DNA of 64,000 bases, taken from NCBI GenBank assembly GCA_965261395.1, contig OZ253462.1, forward strand, positions 3,904,001-3,968,000. Direction: 5' to 3'. The translations under genes were made by a program, and so were the position numbers. The notes under the pieces are model-generated. The model made no database searches and had not been told where the DNA came from. It saw only the letters and a list, made by a program, of their open reading frames with translations. Positions 20,695 to 30,636 of this stretch are shown here, piece by piece. The stretch is from Candidatus Latescibacterota bacterium (lineage in GTDB: Bacteria; Latescibacterota; UBA2968; UBA8231). How positions within the stretch are numbered: the first letter of the stretch is position 1; each line of letters begins with the position of its first letter.

Positions 20695-22965
20695 TCAATA
20701 GACGACCGATATCGTCCGACCGACGGTCTCACTGCGCGCATCCCCCTCCAACTCCATCCGCAGGAGGTAGATCCCCGGCGACACTAGTCGGCCTTCTCCA
20801 TCCCGGCCGTCCCAGACAAACCCCTGCGCGCCGGCCATCGCCTCCCGGTCGATTTCCCGCATCAGCCGGCCCGACAGATCGAAAACCCGCAGTTGTAGAG
20901 GCCGGTTTTCCAGCACGTTCACTAGGTCCAGAGCGATTTCGAGTTGGTCGTTGGCGCCGTCGCCATTGGGGGTGAGCACTGTGGGGCCAATAACTAAGTT
21001 GGCCAACAGATCGCGGCTCACTGGCAGGCTCACCACGTTGGTGCTGCTCTCCACCGCGTCCGTGGCATCGCCCGGATCCACCCGCTGCCGCGCCGAAAGA
21101 TTCCCATCTCCGAGGAAGAGGTCAAAACGCGTGGCCTGCAGGAAGACCGCAGCGGCAAATCGCAGTTCCACCAGATCATCGCTGCGGATCGGGTCTGGAA
21201 AAACCGCTCGAAAACCGGAAGGCGTGGCTTCAGTCTCGACCTCCACCAGCTCTCCATTCAGGTATGCCTCCTGGAAGAGCACCTCTGTGGATGCCTCCAT
21301 CTCTACTCGATCAAAGCCGCTGGCGCGCGTCTCTTGGGATTTCAAGTAATAGGTGAAGTCAATCCATTCTCCTGGCTGCACCTCGACCGGATAGATTTCT
21401 CCGGCCGTGGTATTCGCCAGCGGCGCTGAGAAATCCAGCTCCAGCCAGTCCAGCGTAGCTGCCGCCTGCGGCGTGTCGCTGACTAGGCGCATATCTAGCT
21501 CTACATAGCGTCGCAAGGATGGCGAGAGGAACCTTTCCCCGCCTGGCCGATAGACCCGGCTCCACGGACTCCATCCCTCACCGACGGTGAATACCGTGTC
21601 CACGGGTCCTTTGAAACTGGGTATCAGTTTGTTGTATTTCCTCTCCGTGACCACCTTCCCATCCTTGTCGTGGTAGGTGATCTGCGCCTTGAGGTGATTG
21701 CCCGCGCGACTGCGGATCTCGGCCCTAGTTCCGGGTGGCGTATTCGCTGCCCAGCGCACGGCCGACACATTCTTCAGCCCCCCCAAGTCGAGTATAGGAG
21801 AGACCAGAGGCAACTCCCGAGGATACCCCTCGCCAAAGACCTGGATTTCACTCACTCTGCCGCGCGCATTGCACGGCCAGGGATCCCACAGGCCCGACTC
21901 CTTGCCGCACACCGAATCCCAATACCTCCAGAAGACCCGCAAGTAGCGCACCGGACTCAGCGTGAAGTGGTGATCGACAAAAGGAATATTGGCGCGCTCG
22001 CTGTAGGGAAAAGTGCCCGAGTAGTGTTTATTCCATCTGAGGGTGCCGTCCGGTGACAGCGAGCCGTCCGAGGTCATGAACTCGTAGAACTGAAAGTCAA
22101 AGGTATAGGACCCGCCGATCCCCTGTATGCCGACCAGCCGCGTCTGGTCAACCCAGAACGTCGCTCCCAGGTCCAGGGTCATCATAGAGTTGACATCGCT
22201 GGGGCCGCGCTGGTGTCGCGACTGCCTCAGCCCGCTGGCCAGATTGCCATCCACCATGAGCTGAGCATTGCTCACGACTGTCTTGGCGTTTGGATTTGAA
22301 AGGTTCAGGATGACCTCGAGTGCGCCACCGCGCTCCAGCAATCCTAGGACCATGTTGTCCCCCATAGCCTCCACCTGCACCTCCACGAGCCGGGCCTGCG
22401 GCACGTAGTGCAGTACCTCGAAGCGCAGAAACTGCATTAGCTGCGATCTCGCCCGCTCCAACACGAAGTGCACTTCGCGTCGGTCGTTGCCCCTGAAGCG
22501 ATCTCTGGTGCGATACACTAGAGAGCCAGGTATGGGGACGCCAACTTGGTCAACCTCGGGTTCTCCGTCGGACAGGAATACCTCGAACAGATCCATGGGT
22601 GGGGCCGCCTCGTCGAAGATCAGGATCACGCGCCGGGCGGAAATCCCCCTGCCCAGATCCACTTCCAGCCACCAGTCCTCAGCAGGATCGGTCGGGTCCG
22701 GGCCCCAGCCACTTTGGCGATCGCCGTCCAATACCAGAGATGCATCCGGCAAATTGGAGCCGGCTGCTCTGATGCCGCCGCCGAAATCAGCGGCGTTGAG
22801 CGTCGCCTTGATCCCCTTGCGGCTTTCAACCGGTCGCAGCCGTCCGTCCGGGGTGATCTCCACGGCTCCGGTCGGCACCTTCCAGGACTGCCATTCCCGC
22901 GCGGTGTCGAAGCGGACCTGATCGGCTGACAGAGCCCAGGGGATTAGCATTCCCGTACATGCCAT
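20695..22965 (-). CDS. Large putative secreted protein with discoidin-like domains and a C-terminal CHU_C/FlgD-Ig-like domain
   Basis: WWLEVDLGR and TLDLG discoidin-like strands; C-terminal LTPNGDGAND...VFDLSGR...WDGRDGEG...PGIYL. Paralog of 55798. Start uncertain. Confidence 0.7.
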   Translation of the reverse strand: MACTGMLIPWALSADQVRFDTAREWQSWKVPTGAVEITPDGRLRPVESRKGIKATLNAADFGGGIRAAGSNLPDASLVLDGDRQSGWGPDPTDPAEDWWLEVDLGRGISARRVILIFDEAAPPMDLFEVFLSDGEPEVDQVGVPIPGSLVYRTRDRFRGNDRREVHFVLERARSQLMQFLRFEVLHYVPQARLVEVQVEAMGDNMVLGLLERGGALEVILNLSNPNAKTVVSNAQLMVDGNLASGLRQSRHQRGPSDVNSMMTLDLGATFWVDQTRLVGIQGIGGSYTFDFQFYEFMTSDGSLSPDGTLRWNKHYSGTFPYSERANIPFVDHHFTLSPVRYLRVFWRYWDSVCGKESGLWDPWPCNARGRVSEIQVFGEGYPRELPLVSPILDLGGLKNVSAVRWAANTPPGTRAEIRSRAGNHLKAQITYHDKDGKVVTERKYNKLIPSFKGPVDTVFTVGEGWSPWSRVYRPGGERFLSPSLRRYVELDMRLVSDTPQAAATLDWLELDFSAPLANTTAGEIYPVEVQPGEWIDFTYYLKSQETRASGFDRVEMEASTEVLFQEAYLNGELVEVETEATPSGFRAVFPDPIRSDDLVELRFAAAVFLQATRFDLFLGDGNLSARQRVDPGDATDAVESSTNVVSLPVSRDLLANLVIGPTVLTPNGDGANDQLEIALDLVNVLENRPLQLRVFDLSGRLMREIDREAMAGAQGFVWDGRDGEGRLVSPGIYLLRMELEGDARSETVGRTISVVY

Positions 22966-22995
22966 CCGAGACACGCGGCGAATCTTTGCGAAGGT

Positions 22996-23166
22996 CTTGC
23001 CGATGCTGCGCTCATCGCTCTTGCATTCGACGGCGAATTCCGGGCAGTCGTCGCGCAGCACGACGAAATCGACTTCGCGACTGTTCATATCGCGGAGGAA
23101 ACGGAGACCCATCGCATACCCCTGAGTGTCTTCGACCAAGTGGTAGTATTTCAGCAGATGCTCGGC
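22996..23166 (-). pseudogene. C-terminal remnant of an AAA_14/DUF4143 ATPase, in frame with the downstream gene
   Basis: HLLKYYHLVEDTQG...LRFLRDMNSREVDFVV...AVECK matches the DUF4143 C-terminal EVDF...E-x-K motif. Confidence 0.7.
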
Positions 23167-23319
23167 CCCATGTGCTCAAAGCGAGCTTCGGGAACATCAT
23201 ACTAACGAATGGGATCCCATCCAAATTATTTTTGGTCAAGTAACACATAATTTCATCATGTCAGTGCAAGCCCCATCGGCATAGCAGTTCGCTTGACAGA
23301 CAGGCGTTAAGTAACATTA

Positions 23320-23340
23320 TTTGGAAGTAATAATTCCAAA
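23320..23340. promoter_or_regulatory. Palindromic operator-like site upstream of the AAA_14/DUF4143 gene
   Basis: TTTGGAAGTA-A-TAATTCCAAA (9/10 arms), 12 nt before the ATG and downstream of a TTGACA at 23293. Confidence 0.5.
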
Positions 23341-23352
23341 AAAGAAGAAAAA

Positions 23353-24504
23353 ATGGAAATAAAGAGGCGATTTTTCCAGGCATCGGAGACCAGCTTCTTT
23401 CTCTTTGGCCCTCGCGGTACAGGCAAATCGACTTGGCTGCATGCTCATTTGCAGGACGCCTTGCTCGTGGATCTGCTCGCTCCAGAGACGTATCGGCTCT
23501 ACGCGGCCCGTCCCGAACGACTGCGCGAGCTTATCGCCGGCAATCCCGCCAAGGACACCCTCATCATCGACGAGGTGCAGAAGCTCCCCGAGTTGCTCGA
23601 CGTGGTCCACCAGCTCATTGAGCAGCACCGATCGCTCAGGTTCGTCCTCACCGGCTCCAGCGCGAGAAAACTGAAGCGCACCGGAATTGACCTACTGGCT
23701 GGCCGCGCTGTGCTCAAGACCATGCACCCGTTTATGGCTGCTGAACTGGGGGCTGCTTTTGACCTAGAGCGTGCTCTGCGCTTTGGTCTTGTGCCCTTGG
23801 TCGTGGACTCAGCATCTCCTGCAGAGGCGCTCGGCGCGTATGCCGCCCTTTACCTGCGAGAAGAAGTTCAGATGGAGGGTTTGGTCCGCAATGTCGGCAA
23901 CTTCTCGCGCTTTTTAGAAGCCATCAGCTTTTCTCATGGATCAGTGCTGAGTGTTTCCGCGGTCGCTAGGGAGTGCCACGTCGAGCGGAAAACCGTCGAG
24001 GGGTACATCGACATTCTGGAAGATTTGTTGTTGTGTTTTCGGGTACCGGTGTTTGCCAAGCGGGCCAAAAGGCATCTGATCGTCCATCCTAAATTCTACT
24101 TCTTTGATGCTGGCGTCTTCAAATCGCTGCGGCCGTCCGGACCGCTCGATCGCCCCGAAGAAATACACGGCAGCGCCCTAGAGGGGCTGGTGGCTCAGCA
24201 TCTGCGGGCTTGGAACGCGTACGGCGGCGAGCACTATACCCTGTTCTTCTGGCGCACCAAGTCGGGGAGAGAGGTCGATTTTGTCCTCTACGGGCCGGAA
24301 GGCTTTTGGGCCATAGAAGTCAAAAACACCCGCACCATCCGCCCAAGCGATCTCAACAGCCTGCGCGCTTTCAAACAAGACTATCCCGAAGCCGAGGTGC
24401 GTTTGCTGTATAGGGGAGATGAGCGGGTCGAGATACAGAAAATACGCTGCCTGCCCTGCGACGAATTTTTGCAAGAGCTGGTACCGGGCCGACCTTTGCT
24501 ATGA
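23353..24504 (+). CDS. AAA_14 ATPase with DUF4143 domain
   Basis: GPRGTGKS, IIDEVQK, LTGSSARKL, LAGRA, KFYFFDAG, FWRTKSGREVDF, IEVK. Confidence 0.92.
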   Translation: MEIKRRFFQASETSFFLFGPRGTGKSTWLHAHLQDALLVDLLAPETYRLYAARPERLRELIAGNPAKDTLIIDEVQKLPELLDVVHQLIEQHRSLRFVLTGSSARKLKRTGIDLLAGRAVLKTMHPFMAAELGAAFDLERALRFGLVPLVVDSASPAEALGAYAALYLREEVQMEGLVRNVGNFSRFLEAISFSHGSVLSVSAVARECHVERKTVEGYIDILEDLLLCFRVPVFAKRAKRHLIVHPKFYFFDAGVFKSLRPSGPLDRPEEIHGSALEGLVAQHLRAWNAYGGEHYTLFFWRTKSGREVDFVLYGPEGFWAIEVKNTRTIRPSDLNSLRAFKQDYPEAEVRLLYRGDERVEIQKIRCLPCDEFLQELVPGRPLL

Positions 24505-24553
24505 GGGGTTTTGCCGACCAACCTATTTAGCCTTTAACGCAGGAGTTTGCACG

Positions 24554-25447
24554 ATGACCGATTCCGCCTACCGCATCGCCCCGTCTGGCTTTACCGACGA
24601 CGAGTGGGAAACCTTCAACCGCGAGGGGATCCTCTTCTTTGAAGATGCCCTCGATCAGGAGGCGCTCGACGAACTCGCCGCCGCCGTCGATCGCGTCTGC
24701 CAATCCAGCCCCAAATACCGGGCGGGGGAGACCTTCGGCTGCGAGAATATCGTCGAGCGCGATCCCGCCTTTGCCGCGCTGATTGATCACCCCCGCCACA
24801 TTGGCTACGCCTACGACCTCTTTGGCGAATTGCTCAAGCTGCATCAGAGCCAGTTTTTTATTCGTCCGCCCGGCGGCGACCGCTACAATATCTGGCATCC
24901 CGACGGTGCCCGCGCTGTGCCGTACGGCACCTTCTCGCCCGATTTGCCGCTGCAAATCAAGATCGGCTTGTGGCTGACCGACCTGCCGCAGGCGAAAATG
25001 GGCAACCTAGTGGTCCTGCCCGGCAGCCACCGCAAGCAATACGTCGATGAGTACGACAGCCACGAGCCGATTCCCGGCGAGAAGGTAGTCTGCCTGCGCA
25101 AGGGCACCATGACCGTCATGCACTCGAGCATTTGGCATCGCGTTGAGCCTAACGAGAGCGACGTGGTGCGCAAGAATATCTTCTACGCCTACTGTCCGGC
25201 TTGGATCACCCCAGCCGATCGCGTCCAGTCCGACCCCGCTTGGCTTGAGACGCTCAACCGCGAGCAGCGCATCATCATGCGTTCCTACACCAACGCTTAT
25301 CACAACGCCAAACCCCCGGCCTCTGACTTCCCGCTCTTCCTCGACCGCGAGACCGGCTTAGACCGCGACCCCGACGCCTACCGCGATGAGGTCGCGTTGC
25401 ACCGCCGCAAGCGTCGCACTTGGGCCGAGCGCAAGCGATCCGCTTAG
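24554..25447 (+). CDS. PhyH-family dioxygenase
   Basis: WHPDG, GNLVVLPGSH, IWHRVEPN. Confidence 0.9.
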   Translation: MTDSAYRIAPSGFTDDEWETFNREGILFFEDALDQEALDELAAAVDRVCQSSPKYRAGETFGCENIVERDPAFAALIDHPRHIGYAYDLFGELLKLHQSQFFIRPPGGDRYNIWHPDGARAVPYGTFSPDLPLQIKIGLWLTDLPQAKMGNLVVLPGSHRKQYVDEYDSHEPIPGEKVVCLRKGTMTVMHSSIWHRVEPNESDVVRKNIFYAYCPAWITPADRVQSDPAWLETLNREQRIIMRSYTNAYHNAKPPASDFPLFLDRETGLDRDPDAYRDEVALHRRKRRTWAERKRSA

Positions 25448-26250
25448 GCTTCGGCCCGTTTTTCAAACAGCCACATCCCGAACCCCATGGACGCTAGTCC
25501 GACGAGGATTGAGTACGCGGGGAACATGAAACCGATCTCAAAGGACTCCGAGTCCATGTCCACCTGTAAGCCTTGAGCGGTGGATTCAATCCAGAACGGC
25601 ACTTCGTAGGTGCCGAACAGCTCGGGTAGGGAGAGCACCTCGGGCAGCGTGCTGAAATAGCAGTACAGCACGAAGATGGCGAATGCCGCAGACGCGAGGC
25701 CGGCAAAGCGCCGCACTACCAATCTCAGGCCGGCAACACCGCCGGCAATGCCCAGCATCACCGCCATCGCCGACAGGTAGAACGTGCCGCTGAGAACTAG
25801 GATGTCCATTGCGGTGAGTGGGGCAATGCGTATCTCCGCTACGCGGGTTGCGAACTCGCGCAATTCGCCGACAACGATGATGAAACCAGCGCTGCTCAAC
25901 GCGAATAAGACGATGCCGAGCGTCGCCACAGCTGCAGCCTTGGCTGCAAATATCTGCGTGCGCGATACCGGCAGGGAGAGGAGCAGATAATGGGTCTGCC
26001 CTTTCACTTCTTGGGCGAACGAGTGGCTGAGCAAGAAGGGCAGGATCAGCAGCACCCCGTAAGGCACCACGCTCCACAGGAAGTGGGGCGAGAAGTTCTC
26101 CCCCTGCATATCGGACGACCACACGTCGATGCTGGATTCTAGCGACCATACCGCAACGATCTCCAGAAAGGCCGTCATCGCCACCAGCAAGATGAACAGG
26201 GTGCGGTTGTCTTTCAGTTCTTTTATATACAGCGTTTTCCAAGTATTCAC
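25444..26250 (-). CDS. ABC-2-type transporter permease
   Basis: Six hydrophobic segments; YLLLSLPVSRTQIFAAK motif. Confidence 0.85.
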   Translation of the reverse strand: MNTWKTLYIKELKDNRTLFILLVAMTAFLEIVAVWSLESSIDVWSSDMQGENFSPHFLWSVVPYGVLLILPFLLSHSFAQEVKGQTHYLLLSLPVSRTQIFAAKAAAVATLGIVLFALSSAGFIIVVGELREFATRVAEIRIAPLTAMDILVLSGTFYLSAMAVMLGIAGGVAGLRLVVRRFAGLASAAFAIFVLYCYFSTLPEVLSLPELFGTYEVPFWIESTAQGLQVDMDSESFEIGFMFPAYSILVGLASMGFGMWLFEKRAEA

Positions 26251-26936
26251 GTTACCACCTCCTCGAAAATGTCGCTGAGCGACATACCGCGATTTTGCCT
26301 CAATTCTTCGACGTTGCCGCTGACAGCAATCTCGCCGTGGCGCAGAAAGACCACTTCTTCTATCAGCTCTTCCACCTCGCTGACGAGATGGGTCGATAGC
26401 AGAATCGTCTGCTCCCCGGCGCGAAACTCACTGAGCAGGGTCTCCAGGATGCGTCGGCGCGACGGCGGATCGATCCGTCCCAGCGGCTCGTCCATGAGCA
26501 CCAACTCACTTGGCCGCGAAAAGGCGGATACCACCTTCAACCGCGCCCGCTGACCCTCGGACAGGGTGCCAATTTTCCGGTGGCTATCGACGTTCATCAG
26601 GCCGAGCAGTTCGCGGGATTTGTCCATGTCCCAGCCTGGAAAGAACTCGGCTAGGAATTCGAGCTGCTCGCTGACGCCCATCCAGTCGTAAAACGGATTG
26701 ACCTCGGGCAGGTACGAAGTGATGCGGCGCGTTTCTACGCCGACCGGCTGGCCCGAGATACTGGCGCTGCCTTCGCTGGCGTGAGCGACGCCGGCGAGGA
26801 TTTTGAAGAGCGTGCTCTTGCCGCTCCCATTTTCGCCGAGAATGCCCATTACCCGGCCTTTTTCGACGGTTAGGGAGATGCCCCCCAAGGCCGTCACGCC
26901 GGCGTATCGCTTCCACAGGTTCCTTACTTCTATCAT
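26247..26936 (-). CDS. ABC transporter ATP-binding protein (YtrB-like)
   Basis: GENGSGKS, LSEGQ, LMDEP, STH. Confidence 0.93.
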   Translation of the reverse strand: MIEVRNLWKRYAGVTALGGISLTVEKGRVMGILGENGSGKSTLFKILAGVAHASEGSASISGQPVGVETRRITSYLPEVNPFYDWMGVSEQLEFLAEFFPGWDMDKSRELLGLMNVDSHRKIGTLSEGQRARLKVVSAFSRPSELVLMDEPLGRIDPPSRRRILETLLSEFRAGEQTILLSTHLVSEVEELIEEVVFLRHGEIAVSGNVEELRQNRGMSLSDIFEEVVT

Positions 26937-27304
26937 AGCTTCACCTCCTCTAAGATTTCGCGCAGCAGGTCGTCGATTTGGTCGGGGGAGAGCGCCAAGT
27001 CGCGGATCTCCACGACAAAGCGGTCGCGCGCAGCCCCGGCTAGGGCGCGGCGCTCGCTGTCGATGCGTTTGGCGCTCTTGGTTATCGACGATCCCTCGCC
27101 GCGTCGCGTGGTTATGAATCCTTCGCGCTCCAGTTCCATATAGGCTCTGGACATGGTATTGGGGTTCACGCCCATCTCCTTGGCCATTTCTCGCACCGAC
27201 GGCAAAGGGCCGCCGGGCTGATAGACCCCTTGGACGGTGCGCTTTTTCACCGCCTCGATGATCTGCAGATAGATGGGGCGGGTGGGATCAAAATCGAGCG
27301 GCAT
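26933..27304 (-). CDS. GntR-family regulator, YtrA subfamily
   Basis: PIYLQI...LPSVREMA..GVNPNTMSRAY.ELEREG...RGEG with a short C-terminal domain, preceding ABC genes. Confidence 0.92.
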   Translation of the reverse strand: MPLDFDPTRPIYLQIIEAVKKRTVQGVYQPGGPLPSVREMAKEMGVNPNTMSRAYMELEREGFITTRRGEGSSITKSAKRIDSERRALAGAARDRFVVEIRDLALSPDQIDDLLREILEEVKL

Positions 27305-27354
27305 CTTATTACTCCTTTCTAGTGGTGGGTTCATTTATTGTTCTATTGTATCAG

Positions 27355-27395
27355 TGTTCTATCTACATAGTACAATATTATTGTGGGCAAATCAA
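27355..27395 (-). promoter_or_regulatory. Sigma70 promoter with overlapping YtrA-type operator
   Basis: Minus strand TTGATT-17 nt-TACTAT. The palindrome TGTTCTAT-ctac-ATAGTACA (27355-27374) covers the -10 box. Confidence 0.7.
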
Positions 27396-27477
27396 GAGTT
27401 TTTTTGCGGCGGCTTCTCCCGCTCGGAGGGGCATTTTATATATTGTTATTTATTATGGACTTGCGGAGATTTTGCAG

Positions 27478-27507
27478 CGTAGGGGCGACCGGCCGGTCGC
27501 CCCTACG
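27478..27507. repeat. REP-like 30-bp perfect palindrome
   Basis: CGTAGGGGCGACCGG|CCGGTCGCCCCTACG with the GTAG foot typical of RAYT-associated REPs. It overlaps the thrC stop. Confidence 0.8.
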
Positions 27508-28639
27508 CTAACAACTCGCCGATGGGTTGGGCCGCCTTCAGACCGTGACCCGAAAGCACGGCCACGATCCGCTGACCCGGCTCCACCAGACCGGCGGCCC
27601 GGGCTTGGCGCAGGCCATCCCAGATCACAGCCGAAGTAGGCTCCACGCAAAAACCGGCCCGGCCCAACTGGCGCAGGCCCCGGACTATGGCCTCTTCGGA
27701 GACGGCGACTACAGTACCTGCTGACTGGCGCAAGGCGTTGATGACTTCGCGGTCTCTAACCGGGCGGGGTAGGGCAATGCCCTCGGCCCGGGTGGGGCGC
27801 GGAGAAGCGGCGGGGGCGACCACTTCCAAGCCGGCGTGAAAGGCCTGGAACAGCGGCGAGACGCGCTCGGCCTGTACGGCAATGAGGCGCGGCAGGTGAT
27901 CGACCAGCCCGGCCCGCTGCAAATCGACAAAGCCGCGGTATAGGCCCAGCAAGATGCTGCCGGCCCCGACCGGACAGACCACTGCGTCGGGCGCGGTCCA
28001 GTCGAGTTGCTCGGCCAGTTCAAAGGCCAGGGTTTTGAGGCCTTCTATAAAGAGGGGGTGCCATAGGTGCGAGGCATACACGGCTCCAGTGCGGTCCATG
28101 TATTCGAGCAGGGCCTCGGTGGCCCGGGGGCGTGGGCCTTCCACTGCAACCAGTTCGGCACCGTACAGGCGGATCTGCACCAGTTTGCCCGCCGAGGCCG
28201 CAGCTGGACAAAAGACTTTGAGGCGCATCTTGGCGCGGGCTGCGTACGCGGCTAGGGCGGCCCCGGCGTTGCCCGAGGAGTCCTCTACTGCTTCCTCTAT
28301 GCCCAAGGCGTGCAAATAGCTCATGAGCAGGGCGGCCCCGCGGTCTTTGTACGAGCCGGTGGGCAGGGTGTGGTCGCATTTGGCCAGGACCGTCATACCC
28401 TCCAGATCAAAGGGGATTAGGGGGGTGCGGGCCTCGCCCAGAGAGACGGGATTGCCCACCGGGGGTAGGGCTTCGCGGAAGCGCCACATATCCGCGGGAC
28501 GGGCGGTGATCTGGTCGCGGGGGAAGGTCGGGGTGGGGTACCGGCATTCGAGGGGTGCGTCGCAGGCGAGGCAGCGGTAGGGAGCCGGGACTTGGGGATA
28601 GGGGGTCTGGCAGGCGGAGCAGTGGAAAGTGAGAGCCAT
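27503..28639 (-). CDS. thrC: Threonine synthase-like PLP enzyme
   Basis: N-terminal CxxC/CxxC, PTGSYKDRG, SSGNAG, PVGAG, VEPTSA, SGHGLK. Confidence 0.8.
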   Translation of the reverse strand: MALTFHCSACQTPYPQVPAPYRCLACDAPLECRYPTPTFPRDQITARPADMWRFREALPPVGNPVSLGEARTPLIPFDLEGMTVLAKCDHTLPTGSYKDRGAALLMSYLHALGIEEAVEDSSGNAGAALAAYAARAKMRLKVFCPAAASAGKLVQIRLYGAELVAVEGPRPRATEALLEYMDRTGAVYASHLWHPLFIEGLKTLAFELAEQLDWTAPDAVVCPVGAGSILLGLYRGFVDLQRAGLVDHLPRLIAVQAERVSPLFQAFHAGLEVVAPAASPRPTRAEGIALPRPVRDREVINALRQSAGTVVAVSEEAIVRGLRQLGRAGFCVEPTSAVIWDGLRQARAAGLVEPGQRIVAVLSGHGLKAAQPIGELLA

Positions 28640-28776
28640 GGGTGAATTGGGGATTGGCAGTGTGTGCTGCCGCGACTATCGGTTCTAAGCGGCTAGGATT
28701 ACTTTAAAATTTACGCCTTTTCACAATAATATACCACGTGATGTTTTAGTAGAATTCTTACTTGGAGGACATACCG

Positions 28777-30615
28777 ATGGCCGCCGACGTGCAAGACCTT
28801 GAACCCACTTGGGCCCACCGCACCGACGATGTTGACACCAAGGTCGAGATTCTGCGGCGGGCGCTGCGCACAGGGAACCACGAGCTGGCTCTGGGCGTGG
28901 CCGACTCTATCAAGGACACCATCGCCAATGAGCGCATGCTGCGCGCAGACCCGGGGCCTGTCGACCTACCCGCCACTGGGTGGCACCTGACTGAGCAGCT
29001 ACCCAAGCCCTGGTCCCGATGGGCCGACGGTTGGGAGTTGTGCCAGACCGTGCGGCTTAGCGAGCCCATTGGCCAGGCGCGGCAGTCCGAGCCGCTGGAC
29101 CTCCTCGTGGCGATGCCCGCAGAAAGGGTGACCGCACCGGAACGCGAGCTGCGTGTCGCCCGGCTCGACCGCGGTCGGCCGGGCGAGGTTTGCAGCCAAG
29201 TCTATGGCGGGGTCCGTCGCGGTCCATACTGGTTCGCCCACTTGGTCTTCGAGGCCGATGTCCCCGCTGCTGGTCAGGCCGTGTTTCTCATCTTCTGCGG
29301 CAACCCCGCCGCCGAACTGCCCGACTACCCGAGCCGCCTGAGCATCCGGGGAGAGGGTGTCGGTGTGGAGATCGAGACCCCCCACTACGTGGCCGCCCTC
29401 TCCCGGCAGATGGGCCAACTGGAGTCTCTGACACCCAAGTGGCACCGAGGCGGGCTGCGGTTGTCCACGCACGGGAATGGCCACGGCGAGCCACCCAATA
29501 TCGACTGGGCCCACGACTACACCACGGCCGGTGCCTTTCAGAAAATGCGGGTGACAAACTGGGCCGAGTGTCCCCACTACGAAGTGGTGCGCGGTCCCTT
29601 GTGCGCCCGGGTGCGGCGTTTTGGCTTCCCTCACAGTCCAGTACACCCGCTGTTCACGCCCAGCCGCTTTTTCATGGACCTGACCTATACCTTCTACGCC
29701 GGAGTTCCCTATTTCCTGAAGGATGGCCGCATGGAGGCGACGCGCGACTTCTGTGCGCATGTGGCCCGTGATGACGAGTGGTACTTCGGCGGCCGGCCTT
29801 TCGACGCGTCCCTGTGGATGAACGAAGCCGGTCGCGTCCACGAGGGGCCGGTGCCGCCGGAGCAGATCGACCACGTCTGGGGCGTGGGCTTCTATCATCG
29901 TCAGAGTCGGGATAGCCTATTCGCCATCTATCTGGACCATCACCTCGAAGGATCGCCCACTGCCGGCCCGGGTGCGGCGTCAAAAGCCAAGCTCTATCAG
30001 CACCTCGACGTCACCCTCGACCATGCCATGCTGGGCCAGCCGCCGCACGCGTCGGTCTGGTGCCGGCCCATGCTGCGCGACAACGCTTGGCTCCAGACCG
30101 GCTTGTCTCTTGTGCAGCGCAACGCCTACCTGCTGGCCCCGTACCCCGAGCAGGGCGGTGCCGCTGGGCTGGAAGCGCTGCGCGAGCGACTGTTGTCTCC
30201 TCTGATTGTCGCGGTTGAGGTGCCCGCATTTGCGGACTGGAGCGACGAGGCGTCGGAAGGGGGCCAACCCCTGGCTCGTATCGGCGAGCGCCCCGCTGAC
30301 TGGCCGCGGAAGCGCGCTCTGTGGGAAGCCATGCGGGAGGTCCGCGAGGACCAGTTCAACACCGTGGACGCCAGCTTGGTGGACATGGGCTACATCTACG
30401 ACGTGCGCACGCACGGCAACGACGTTCGTGTGGTGATGACGATGCCGCACCGAGGGCGACCGAAGTACGATTTCCTTGCCCAACCACTGCGGGCGCGGCT
30501 GGAACAGGTGCCGGGCGTCCGTTCTGTCGTTGTTGAATTAACCTGGGAGCCGGCTTGGACGCCGAATCGCCTCACGGACGTCGGCCGCCGGCTGATGGGA
30601 CTGGCCGAAGAGTAA
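28777..30615 (+). CDS. Hypothetical protein with C-terminal DUF59 (FeS_assembly_P/SufT-like) domain
   Basis: C-terminus LWEAMREVRE...SLVDMGYIYDV...VVMTM...VVELTWEPAWTPNRLT; the N-terminal ~500 aa are not recognised. Confidence 0.65.
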   Translation: MAADVQDLEPTWAHRTDDVDTKVEILRRALRTGNHELALGVADSIKDTIANERMLRADPGPVDLPATGWHLTEQLPKPWSRWADGWELCQTVRLSEPIGQARQSEPLDLLVAMPAERVTAPERELRVARLDRGRPGEVCSQVYGGVRRGPYWFAHLVFEADVPAAGQAVFLIFCGNPAAELPDYPSRLSIRGEGVGVEIETPHYVAALSRQMGQLESLTPKWHRGGLRLSTHGNGHGEPPNIDWAHDYTTAGAFQKMRVTNWAECPHYEVVRGPLCARVRRFGFPHSPVHPLFTPSRFFMDLTYTFYAGVPYFLKDGRMEATRDFCAHVARDDEWYFGGRPFDASLWMNEAGRVHEGPVPPEQIDHVWGVGFYHRQSRDSLFAIYLDHHLEGSPTAGPGAASKAKLYQHLDVTLDHAMLGQPPHASVWCRPMLRDNAWLQTGLSLVQRNAYLLAPYPEQGGAAGLEALRERLLSPLIVAVEVPAFADWSDEASEGGQPLARIGERPADWPRKRALWEAMREVREDQFNTVDASLVDMGYIYDVRTHGNDVRVVMTMPHRGRPKYDFLAQPLRARLEQVPGVRSVVVELTWEPAWTPNRLTDVGRRLMGLAEE

Positions 30616-30636
30616 GAAAGGGGCGGGTCGAAAACC

